Positions 1 through 7,060 of a stretch of 35,035 nt of DNA are shown here, one piece after another; the stretch's first letter is position 1, and each line of letters begins with the position of its first letter. Source of the stretch: a virus. Taxonomy: Duplodnaviria > Caudoviricetes. The stretch spans positions 1 through 35,035 of IMG/VR virus record IMGVR_UViG_3300034104_004810; one strand, written 5' to 3'. The notes below the pieces were generated by a model. That model did no database searches. It was not told the DNA's origin and saw only the letters and a list, made by a program, of their open reading frames with translations. Position numbers and translations under genes: made by a program.

Positions 1-1
1 T

Positions 2-115
2 TTAGTTAATCCAAATAACGGAAAAAGCTATAAAAGATTATTGACTCTTTCAACAGGTCTAAAAAAATCAAATAAAGAAACCAATATATCTACTGAAGAA
101 TTTAAAACAAAATAA
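2..115 (+). CDS. 3' end of a CDS truncated by the window edge
   Basis: Open frame LVNPNNGKSYKRLL...EEFKTK*, stop abuts the ATG at 116. Confidence 0.55.
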   Translation, partial: LVNPNNGKSYKRLLTLSTGLKKSNKETNISTEEFKTK

Positions 116-424
116 ATGAACGTAAACACAATCAAAGAAAACGAGCAATGGATGTTGCTCGTTTTTTTGCTAGATGAAATTAGACATCAGAAAAAAATAT
201 CAAACTTGCAAATTGCAGAATTAACTGGAATACAAACGTCACACGTTTCTCGTTTTTTTAGTTGTAAATTTCCGCCAACGTTACCGACTTTTTTGAAAAT
301 TGCCAAAGCAGTTGACGTTAACTTTTTTTTCGAAGATAAAGAAAGTAAAACAGATCTAAATCTAGCAATGGAAAAAGCAATGGAACAATTAGGCAGGCGT
401 CCAGTTAAGTTACCTAAGAATTAA
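116..424 (+). CDS. XRE-family HTH transcriptional regulator
   Basis: ISNLQIAELTGIQTSHVSRFFSCKFPPTLPTFLKIAKAVDV is a typical Cro/C1 HTH pattern. Confidence 0.85.
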   Translation: MNVNTIKENEQWMLLVFLLDEIRHQKKISNLQIAELTGIQTSHVSRFFSCKFPPTLPTFLKIAKAVDVNFFFEDKESKTDLNLAMEKAMEQLGRRPVKLPKN

Positions 425-454
425 AAAAAGCGGTCATTTAGGCCGCTTTTTTTT
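423..454. terminator. Bidirectional intrinsic terminator
   Basis: AAAAAAAGCGGTC-ATTTA-GGCCGCTTTTTTTT between convergent ORFs. Confidence 0.85.
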
Positions 455-571
455 GCGTTGATATTTCCAGCTGTCATTGTGGTATTTATCGCTAGGATGC
501 GTCGTGAAGTATTGCCAAAGGAATATACCCACTCCAATTATAATCACAACTGAAATTATAAGATCTTTCAT
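434..571 (-). CDS. 45-aa single-pass membrane peptide (not in ORF track)
   Basis: MKDLIISVVIIIGVGIFLWQYFTTHPSDKYHNDSWKYQRKKKRPK*; -7 box TATCTTTG (576-583, minus strand) 4 nt before the ATG. Confidence 0.65.
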   Translation of the reverse strand: MKDLIISVVIIIGVGIFLWQYFTTHPSDKYHNDSWKYQRKKKRPK

Positions 572-700
572 CTTTCAAAGATAATAAAAATGTGAAAATA
601 TTTTCAAAATATTGTTTTTATAAACCTCAAAATCAGTGGCTTTCTACTCTATTTAGAATTAATATAAATTGTAAAAACTATTTATTTTTGATTATAAATA

Positions 701-764
701 GTTTGCTTAAAGCAAACAAATAAGCTATATTTGTATCAGAATTAACAGCAAGGGTTCTTTGAAA
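701..764 (+). promoter_or_regulatory. Bacteroidota sigma promoter with palindromic operator and boxA-like site
   Basis: TTTG (702-705), 20 nt, TATATTTG (726-733); palindrome GTTTGCTT-A-AAGCAAAC 701-717; GTTCTTTGAAA 754-764. Confidence 0.7.
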
Positions 765-792
765 ATATTGATAAACAATAAAAGTTAAAAAA

Positions 793-1134
793 ATGAAAGA
801 CTTAATCGACAGAGTTTTGGAATACTCAAAAAACAATCCAGATGGTTTTACTTTAAATATTGAAAATTTTAAACAAGTAAAATACGGTATCGTAGTCGCC
901 TTCAAAGAAACTCAAAATAGTTTCGGTAAAGAAAGTTTACAAAATGTTCTTAATCACTCCTTAGAAAATGATAAAAAAATAGGAGGTTGGTTTAATACTG
1001 AAAACGGACTTTTCTACTTTGATAGTGTCAAAGTCTTTAAAAATTCAGAACTAAATGAAGCAATTAAATTTGCAATTCAAAACGAACAAATAGCAATATT
1101 TGACCTAACAAACTTAAAAGAAATAAGAATATAG
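793..1134 (+). CDS. Hypothetical protein
   Basis: 113-aa ORF directly after a promoter; followed by hairpin GGGGC-TTAAAC-GCCCC. Confidence 0.75.
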   Translation: MKDLIDRVLEYSKNNPDGFTLNIENFKQVKYGIVVAFKETQNSFGKESLQNVLNHSLENDKKIGGWFNTENGLFYFDSVKVFKNSELNEAIKFAIQNEQIAIFDLTNLKEIRI

Positions 1135-1189
1135 GGGGCTTAAACGCCCCCGCCCTTGCTAATTTATTAATCAAAAAAATATAAAATTT

Positions 1190-1531
1190 ATGAAAGCAAA
1201 CGAATTAAGAATTGGTAATTATTACATGTCCACCGACGGATCATGGATAAGTCAAGTTACTGTGAATGATTTAATGGCGTGGTCTAAAGGCGCGATATAC
1301 GGTAAAGAAATACCGCTAACAGATGAATGGCTTTTGAAATTTGGATTTCAAAAAATTGGAGCCAATTTTAGAATAATGAGTAAAGGATTTAGAGAGTTTG
1401 TGTTGTGGTTTAACCATAGTAGTAACTGCTATGAAGTTAAAGCAAATAATTACTTTACCGAAGTGAAATTTATCCATAATCTTCAAAATATACACTTTGC
1501 TTTGACCAGCGAAGAATTAATTATAAAATAA
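1190..1531 (+). CDS. Phage protein (MKANELRIGN...IPLTDEWLLKFGF type)
   Basis: Motifs ELRIGN, IPLT.EWLLKFGF and HNLQN resemble a family common in Bacteroidota phages. Confidence 0.75.
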   Translation: MKANELRIGNYYMSTDGSWISQVTVNDLMAWSKGAIYGKEIPLTDEWLLKFGFQKIGANFRIMSKGFREFVLWFNHSSNCYEVKANNYFTEVKFIHNLQNIHFALTSEELIIK

Positions 1532-1533
1532 AA

Positions 1534-2007
1534 ATGGAAACAAATACCACATACTTCATAAATAATATGCGTTCTGGCAAAACCGAACTTGCAAAGTCAA
1601 TTTCAAGTTATGCAGCATCTGGAATTGATATTGAAATTACTTCGCGGGATGAAAATGCAGCACATGTAATTATTCGACAATCAAAGTTGATAAACGGATT
1701 TATACTTAATCAAAAACAGCTCGTAGAACGATGCAAAGAGGTTTTTAAAAATACTGGAATAAAAACTAAAGTCGTTCCAGTTGTTTTTTCCTTGGATGTC
1801 GACAGCATAGATATACTATGGATTGAAAATAAAATGCTCGAATTCGGAATCAAAAGAAATGATTTAATCAAGCAACTTGCAATTGACAAATCAAGTTTGA
1901 GTTTGATTTTATCAGGAGATAGAGAACTTTCAAAACCAATGAGAGCGACTTTCTTTTATTACTTTTTGACTTACGAACTGAATCGGGATTTTAGAGAAAA
2001 TCAGTAA
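1534..2007 (+). CDS. Protein with C-terminal XRE-like HTH
   Basis: GIKRNDLIKQLAIDKSSLSLILSGDRELSK HTH pattern. Confidence 0.7.
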   Translation: METNTTYFINNMRSGKTELAKSISSYAASGIDIEITSRDENAAHVIIRQSKLINGFILNQKQLVERCKEVFKNTGIKTKVVPVVFSLDVDSIDILWIENKMLEFGIKRNDLIKQLAIDKSSLSLILSGDRELSKPMRATFFYYFLTYELNRDFRENQ

Positions 2008-2009
2008 TG

Positions 2010-2040
2010 AAAAACGGACTTAAGTTAGTCCGTTTTTTTT
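2010..2040. terminator. Bidirectional intrinsic terminator
   Basis: AAAAACGGACT-TAAGTT-AGTCCGTTTTT between convergent genes. Confidence 0.85.
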
Positions 2041-2091
2041 ATTACAAAATTCTGTAATATTTTCATTTATTACCGTTTTAAGTAATACACC

Positions 2092-3255
2092 TCAAAAGTC
2101 CGGAGAAAGTTCCATTATCTGTTTTCTGTTGACCTCTTTAACCACTTTCGCGTAAGTCAAGGTAGTGAGCTTCGAAGTATGGCCGTATAGTTCTTTTAGC
2201 GCATCAAGTTCCACACCGGCCAATATCTTTTTATCAGCTCCTAAATGTTTCATAGAATAAAGATTTACGTCAATACCTAGTCCAACTTTTACCAACTTTC
2301 GCCAAAGCTTTGTTGCGGTATCGCTGTGCAAGTTTTCAGGACCAGGAACAAAGTCGGTTAAATTTGAGATACCGCGATTCCTTTTGTTGCCTCGAAGCGT
2401 TCCAAAAACAAAATAATCTTTTGGGTACCTTTCTAAATTCAATTTTTTCAAGTATTCAATAAAATATTTATTCAGTGGAACTATCCTATAAATGTCAGTT
2501 TTAGTAATCTCAGGCGGCAAATTGATTTGGAGGTTTTTAAAATCAATCATACTTATTTTCATCTGAAGTATTTCTTCTGGCCGTATTCCAGTATGGAATA
2601 TTGTAATAATGAAAACATAAAAATTAAACCATTCATTTTCTAAAAATTCCTTTATAATTTTAGATTGATCATCGGTTGCTGGAATGTTAGCATTGGTTTT
2701 GGCTACTTTCAAACTTTTAATTTTAGAAGCCGGATTGTGTTCAATTATATTCCACTCAATAAGTTCGCCAATAATCGCACGTAGGTAGCCTAAATTCTTA
2801 TTGTAAGCCTTGTTTGACCATTTACGGGACTTCTTTATTTCATCCATAATTAGTTTGATGTGTGGCCGCTTAATATCAGAAATTAAAGCATTCTCAATAT
2901 TGAGTTTTTTAACCGCTTCAATGGTCCACTTTACCGTTAAATTATAATGATGAAGTGTAGCGGGTGAAATGCTAGATTTCTTTTCCATAGCAAATTCCAA
3001 AGCCTGTGGAATTGTCATTTTTTGACCAAAATCAAAGTTTAAATCAGAAAGAAAAGGGTTCCAGCCTTCGCGAAGTTTTTCATACAAAGCATCCCTGATG
3101 AGGTTGGCCTCAATCAGTCGCTTTTTGTAATTATTAATGTAATTGATTCCATATTTTTTACGGATCAATTTGCCGTCGTATCTAAAAAATACAAACCACG
3201 GCTTGCTGAGGTCGTCATACTTGACCACCTTAGGAACTGTAAAGATTGATTTCAT
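2092..3255 (-). CDS. int: Tyrosine recombinase / phage integrase
   Basis: HTGIRPEE (catalytic R), ITKT (K), LYSMKH box, LYGHTS...TLTY (H, Y nucleophile); N-terminal arm-binding region. Confidence 0.95.
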   Translation of the reverse strand: MKSIFTVPKVVKYDDLSKPWFVFFRYDGKLIRKKYGINYINNYKKRLIEANLIRDALYEKLREGWNPFLSDLNFDFGQKMTIPQALEFAMEKKSSISPATLHHYNLTVKWTIEAVKKLNIENALISDIKRPHIKLIMDEIKKSRKWSNKAYNKNLGYLRAIIGELIEWNIIEHNPASKIKSLKVAKTNANIPATDDQSKIIKEFLENEWFNFYVFIITIFHTGIRPEEILQMKISMIDFKNLQINLPPEITKTDIYRIVPLNKYFIEYLKKLNLERYPKDYFVFGTLRGNKRNRGISNLTDFVPGPENLHSDTATKLWRKLVKVGLGIDVNLYSMKHLGADKKILAGVELDALKELYGHTSKLTTLTYAKVVKEVNRKQIMELSPDF

Positions 3256-3347
3256 TTTAATTTGTTTAAAAATTAAAATGTTTGCGGGGACATTTAACCA
3301 ATCATTGTCAACTAATTGTTCACTTTTTGTTCACCTTTTTTTTAATG

Positions 3348-3379
3348 AACCCTTGTAAAGCCTTGTGTTTACAAGGGTT
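3348..3379 (-). terminator. 12-bp hairpin downstream of the att core
   Basis: AACCCTTGTAAA-GCCTTGTG-TTTACAAGGGTT perfect inverted repeat. Confidence 0.65.
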
Positions 3380-3383
3380 TTTG

Positions 3384-3403
3384 TGGAGTCGGGGAGAGTC
3401 GAA
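3384..3403 (-). mobile_element. attP core: 3'-terminal fragment of tmRNA (or a tRNA-Ala-like gene)
   Basis: Minus strand TTCGACT-CTCCC-CGACTCC-A = T-loop, 3' T-stem, 3' acceptor strand, discriminator; 5' T-stem absent; CGACTCC would pair with GGGGTCG giving G3.U70. Confidence 0.75.
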
Positions 3404-3515
3404 GTCTTAAAGCGAACTTTTTTAAATCGTAAATGATTGATTTTATTGCACTTACAAACAAATTAAAATGTGTTATTTTTAGGTTCTGTTCACTATTTGT
3501 TCACTGCTGAGGTGA

Positions 3516-3764
3516 TTATATTTTAATGTCTTTTCCTTTAAATACATGATCTTCAATACCAAATACCCAGTTTGCATTTACCTTATATTTTTTGCAAATA
3601 ATTTCAATGTGAGAAACCGTAAAATGCGAGGTTCCTTTTTTTATCCTGGATAAAGTATTTTTTAATAAACCTATTTCATTACAGAAATCCGCACCGTTCT
3701 TCACAACTTTAGTAAAAGTCAGATACTCGATAAGCCTAATAAGTCTTTCATCTGGATTTTTCAT
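3516..3764 (-). CDS. Small XRE-family HTH protein (start likely 3764, MKNPDERL)
   Basis: GADFCNEIGLLKNTLSRIKKG...VNANWVFG HTH pattern. Confidence 0.8.
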   Translation of the reverse strand: MKNPDERLIRLIEYLTFTKVVKNGADFCNEIGLLKNTLSRIKKGTSHFTVSHIEIICKKYKVNANWVFGIEDHVFKGKDIKI

Positions 3765-3789
3765 ATTTATTATTTTGTAATAAAAAAAA

Positions 3790-4341
3790 CTACCAGTCTT
3801 TAGATTTAGGTAATTCTGATTCAAATTGATTTTTTAATAATAATTCTATGGAATTTATTATATCTAGTGATTGTTTTTTAGCTTGATCGTTTACATTTCT
3901 TGGCTTCCCATTTTTTTTGTAATAATTTTTTTTATCAAACCAAACATCTACAGATGTATTGCCATACTGCCCATCAAAACTAAAATTGTAAATCTCGTAT
4001 CTAATTTTATTTTCTTTACTCTCAATTTTTATTGAATAGTTCAAATACATAGTTGAATAAACTCCCATTCCTGCACTTATAATTATTTTAGAATTTCCTT
4101 TTCCGATAATTACACTATTATCTTTGTCTTCTAATTGAATTACTTTATTGGCAGAATTAAAATTGTTAACAAAAAATATTTTAGATAAAGAATATAATTC
4201 TTCTTTTGATTTATTTGCAACATCAATGACTTTTGAATAATTGATTTCTCCTTCTAAATCAGTTTTAAAGTCTTCAATTATTTGTGCTTTTAGATTATAT
4301 ATTGAAATAAATAAAATTGAAATTGTGATAATTTTTTTCAT
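3790..4341 (-). CDS. Exported DUF4468-like protein
   Basis: Signal peptide MKKIITISILFISIYNLKA-Q; YSKVIDV..KSKEELY...SANKVIQLEDKD..IIGKG pattern. Confidence 0.7.
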   Translation of the reverse strand: MKKIITISILFISIYNLKAQIIEDFKTDLEGEINYSKVIDVANKSKEELYSLSKIFFVNNFNSANKVIQLEDKDNSVIIGKGNSKIIISAGMGVYSTMYLNYSIKIESKENKIRYEIYNFSFDGQYGNTSVDVWFDKKNYYKKNGKPRNVNDQAKKQSLDIINSIELLLKNQFESELPKSKDW

Positions 4342-4357
4342 GCTATAAAAGTTTAAA

Positions 4358-5065
4358 TTAAAATAAATGACTTGCAGCTTGTACTTTAAACAATGCTGAT
4401 ATGTTTTGCTTTTTTATTTGCTGAGGTGGAAATTCATCTTTTTTAGAATCCGTTGGCTTACTAATCAATGTATAAGTATCCTCATTTTCGCCTTTTGTAA
4501 TCACTTTCACCATCCTAAAATTATCCTTTGTTACAATTGCGTAAATTTCGCCAAAAGGAAAGAACTCACGCCAATTATCAATCTTTACCAATCCAATTGC
4601 GTCGCCATGGCAAATTACCTTTGCCATCGACTGGCCAGAAGCTCGAACGACATAATCACAACCTTTGAAAAAAGGATGGCTTATATATGAATCTGGAATA
4701 TTAGTACCGCTATTCTCAACTTCTAAAAATCCAGCGGTAAAATCCACATCGTAATACGGAACTCCCGTTTTAACAACTTCTTTTTTAGAAGTTTTGTATT
4801 TCTCAGGATCCTCTGCAACTTTATCGATATTGGTATTTTCTTCATTAAACATTTCGCCTTCGCCGGTTAGGAGCCAACTATAATTAACATTAGGAAAGCT
4901 ATCTTTTATCTTATTTAAGGTTTTTGGCGACGGTTGAGAATCATTATTATTTAATAAATTATATAATGTATCTGGTCTTGAATTACCCATTCTTTTCGAA
5001 AACTCATAGGGTGTTATACCTAGTTTTTCTATTAATGATGAAATTCTATTGTTAATCGTTTTCAT
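4358..5065 (-). CDS. CI/LexA-like repressor (HTH plus S24 peptidase)
   Basis: N-terminal HTH ending NYSWLLTGEGEM; FTAG cleavage site; SGQSM catalytic Ser; RMVK catalytic Lys. Confidence 0.9.
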   Translation of the reverse strand: MKTINNRISSLIEKLGITPYEFSKRMGNSRPDTLYNLLNNNDSQPSPKTLNKIKDSFPNVNYSWLLTGEGEMFNEENTNIDKVAEDPEKYKTSKKEVVKTGVPYYDVDFTAGFLEVENSGTNIPDSYISHPFFKGCDYVVRASGQSMAKVICHGDAIGLVKIDNWREFFPFGEIYAIVTKDNFRMVKVITKGENEDTYTLISKPTDSKKDEFPPQQIKKQNISALFKVQAASHLF

Positions 5066-5067
5066 TT

Positions 5068-5093
5068 TATTACATTTTCATTTGTATATTTGC
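5068..5093 (+). promoter_or_regulatory. Promoter/operator copy 1
   Basis: TATTACATTTTCATTTGTATATTTGC containing TATATTTG; 25/26 identical to 5596-5621. Confidence 0.7.
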
Positions 5094-5116
5094 ATCTAAC
5101 TTAAATTTCAATAATC

Positions 5117-5275
5117 ATGGCAAATGAAAATCAAATCAAAAGAGAAGACGTTATTTCAGAAGATGCATTGAACTGGGGCAAATCCTACAGCAAAAACATC
5201 AAAAAAGCTATCAAATTAAATAAGGAATTTGAAAAGTCAATCAAAAAACTTAGAAAAACCTTAAGCAAATTATGA
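5117..5275 (+). CDS. 52-aa basic peptide (not in ORF track)
   Basis: MANENQIKREDVISEDALNWGKSYSKNIKKAIKLNKEFEKSIKKLRKTLSKL*, directly after the promoter at 5085-5092. Confidence 0.65.
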   Translation: MANENQIKREDVISEDALNWGKSYSKNIKKAIKLNKEFEKSIKKLRKTLSKL

Positions 5276-5533
5276 TCTAAAAAAATCCTTTTGCTTTTCT
5301 TGTATATAATCTGAAATAAACCCTGATTGGCTTACTTTAAAAGCTATGTCGGGGTTTTTTGTATTTAATAACCTCACACAATCATCAGTTGCTTTTTCAG
5401 TCGCACTTTGCATTAATTCAGACCACTTAAGATGTCTCTCAAATGCGCCAGCGTCAATTTCATTTTTTTTGACTTCAAAACACGCATCAATAAGTAGTTT
5501 GCATTCCTTCTGAATAGTCTCTATTTCTTCCAT
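5270..5533 (-). CDS. Hypothetical protein, first gene of the leftward (repressor) operon
   Basis: 87-aa ORF downstream of minus-strand promoter 5642-5649. Confidence 0.65.
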   Translation of the reverse strand: MEEIETIQKECKLLIDACFEVKKNEIDAGAFERHLKWSELMQSATEKATDDCVRLLNTKNPDIAFKVSQSGFISDYIQEKQKDFFRS

Positions 5534-5577
5534 TTTTATTTATACTGATTATAAATTAAAAAATATTTTAAAAATGT

Positions 5578-5649
5578 ATTACACTTTTATTTGTGTATTA
5601 CATTTTCATTCGTATATTTGCTACATCAAATCATAGTAAGACAAATGTA
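5578..5649. promoter_or_regulatory. Lysis/lysogeny switch: face-to-face promoters with operators
   Basis: Plus TATATTTG 5613-5620; minus TACATTTG 5649-5642; repeats TATTACAyTTTyATTyGT at 5578 and 5596. Confidence 0.7.
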
Positions 5650-5708
5650 GTAAAATAAATTATTCAAAATTCACTTCACTGCAATTGTTTTAAAATTAAC
5701 CTACTCTA

Positions 5709-5721
5709 GTTCATTGACATA
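5709..5721 (+). promoter_or_regulatory. boxA-like antitermination element
   Basis: GTTCATTGACATA ~90 nt downstream of the rightward promoter; resembles boxA. Confidence 0.5.
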
Positions 5722-6066
5722 TCGAATGTAAATTTTTAAAAGCAAGTCATATAGATACGCAAAGCTTCAGGCGACATTAATTTGAGATTGAGCTGAACGC
5801 CAAAAAAATAGTTCTGAAAAATGAACGGCCATGTCAGTATAGCTTTATGCGAAATACGATACTACTTCTAAAAATTTATGCACACAAAAAATATGATTAT
5901 CCAAATGGATGATCTCAAAATAAAGTAGGTGGGTTGGATGATAACCTGTGGAGAGAATACTGAAAACAAAAAACATCAAAGCACAAAAACAGCCGTTGCG
6001 GTTTAGCCGTAGCATCGAAGCAACAACGGCCCGAAACTAATACTAAACCTTTTAAAATTTTCAACT

Positions 6067-6279
6067 ATGGTAATGAAAGATGAAATATACACGATTATCA
6101 GAAACGATATTCCGTTGCGAGACAAACTCAGAGCATTGTTTGGTATTACAGATGCGAGTGTTTGGAGGCTAGCTGCTAGAAAAGCGCCAAAGCTTATGGA
6201 ATATCCAGCTATTAAGATAATCATGGAGCACACGGGAAAAGAAGAGCATGAGATTTTCGATATGGAACCTTCAAAATAA
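6067..6279 (+). CDS. Cro-like DNA-binding protein
   Basis: Small HTH-like ORF (LRALFGITDASVWRLA), first gene divergent from the repressor. Confidence 0.65.
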   Translation: MVMKDEIYTIIRNDIPLRDKLRALFGITDASVWRLAARKAPKLMEYPAIKIIMEHTGKEEHEIFDMEPSK

Positions 6280-6285
6280 TGCGCT

Positions 6286-6504
6286 ATGAAAAGCATCACA
6301 TTATCTCCAGATCAATACAAATGTTTGCGGGAACATTTAAACGCCATTGAGTTAATTCTCGGTGGCAAGGTTACGGCCGGCAGTTCGGCAAGTGAGCGTC
6401 GAGCTTCCAGGCCCGAACCGACAAGAAAAGCAAAAAAAGCAAACTACAGGGATTTGATTGAAAGCGGTAACCGCGGAAACAAACCTGAGTACCTAAAAAA
6501 ATAG
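6286..6504 (+). CDS. Hypothetical protein
   Basis: 72-aa ORF in early operon. Confidence 0.65.
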   Translation: MKSITLSPDQYKCLREHLNAIELILGGKVTAGSSASERRASRPEPTRKAKKANYRDLIESGNRGNKPEYLKK

Positions 6505-6566
6505 CCACTTCCGGCAAGAAGTGGCTAAAGTCTAATAATGCACGGCAATGCATAAATATTAAAATC

Positions 6567-6722
6567 ATGACAAAGATAAACACTTTATCAGTTACAGCCA
6601 AAAGAAACGAACGGTTAAAAGAGTTGGCTAACGATCCAGCATTCAATAAACCGATTTCTCACTTGAAAAAAGAGTACACCGGTACACTCACATTAGTAAC
6701 CAGAATTAAAATCTACAAGTAA
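6567..6722 (+). CDS. 51-aa hypothetical protein (not in ORF track)
   Basis: MTKINTLSVTAKRNERLKELANDPAF...IKIYK*; stop 1 nt before the next ATG. Confidence 0.6.
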   Translation: MTKINTLSVTAKRNERLKELANDPAFNKPISHLKKEYTGTLTLVTRIKIYK

Positions 6723-6723
6723 G

Positions 6724-6948
6724 ATGAGCATAGAAGAAAAAAAAGCACTAATCGCTCAATGGATGGGCGTTTCGGTTGTTCCAAATTACAATGAATGCTG
6801 GAACAGTTTAATGGAAGTGGTTAATCGGTTAAAATTAGCAAGCACTTATTACCCAGTTTCTTTCACGGCAAATCAATTGAATTTTGATATCGAAATCGTG
6901 TTTGAAAATTGTTTTGATTATGTCAAACTTATAAATGGAATGTCATGA
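6724..6948 (+). CDS. Hypothetical protein
   Basis: 74-aa ORF with LIAQWMG...YNECWNSLMEVV phage-like motif. Confidence 0.7.
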   Translation: MSIEEKKALIAQWMGVSVVPNYNECWNSLMEVVNRLKLASTYYPVSFTANQLNFDIEIVFENCFDYVKLINGMS

Positions 6949-7046
6949 TAACAGAATTCATCATCACCCTATGCATTGGAGGGATCCTTTTTCTAGCTAT
7001 GCTACACGTAGCAAAATGGATTTACGAAAATATTAATAAATACTAA
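6945..7046 (+). CDS. 33-aa membrane peptide (not in ORF track)
   Basis: MITEFIITLCIGGILFLAMLHVAKWIYENINKY*; ATGA overlap with upstream stop. Confidence 0.55.
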   Translation: MITEFIITLCIGGILFLAMLHVAKWIYENINKY

Positions 7047-7060
7047 AAATTCACGGCAAA

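Larger units (their letters stand above)
3317..3505. repeat. Integrase arm-type direct repeats TGTTCAC(T/C) flanking the att core
   Basis: Copies at 3317, 3328, 3487, 3498; each pair spaced 11 bp. Confidence 0.75.

Noticed and set aside
649-671. TATTTAGA-N-TAAAT box resembling 30697-30719 and 25576-25598 as a shared host-regulator site
   Set aside because: Several mismatches in very AT-rich DNA; cannot be distinguished from chance without a statistical test.
3384-3403. A functional tRNA gene
   Set aside because: Only the T-loop and 3' strands are present; interpreted as the att core.
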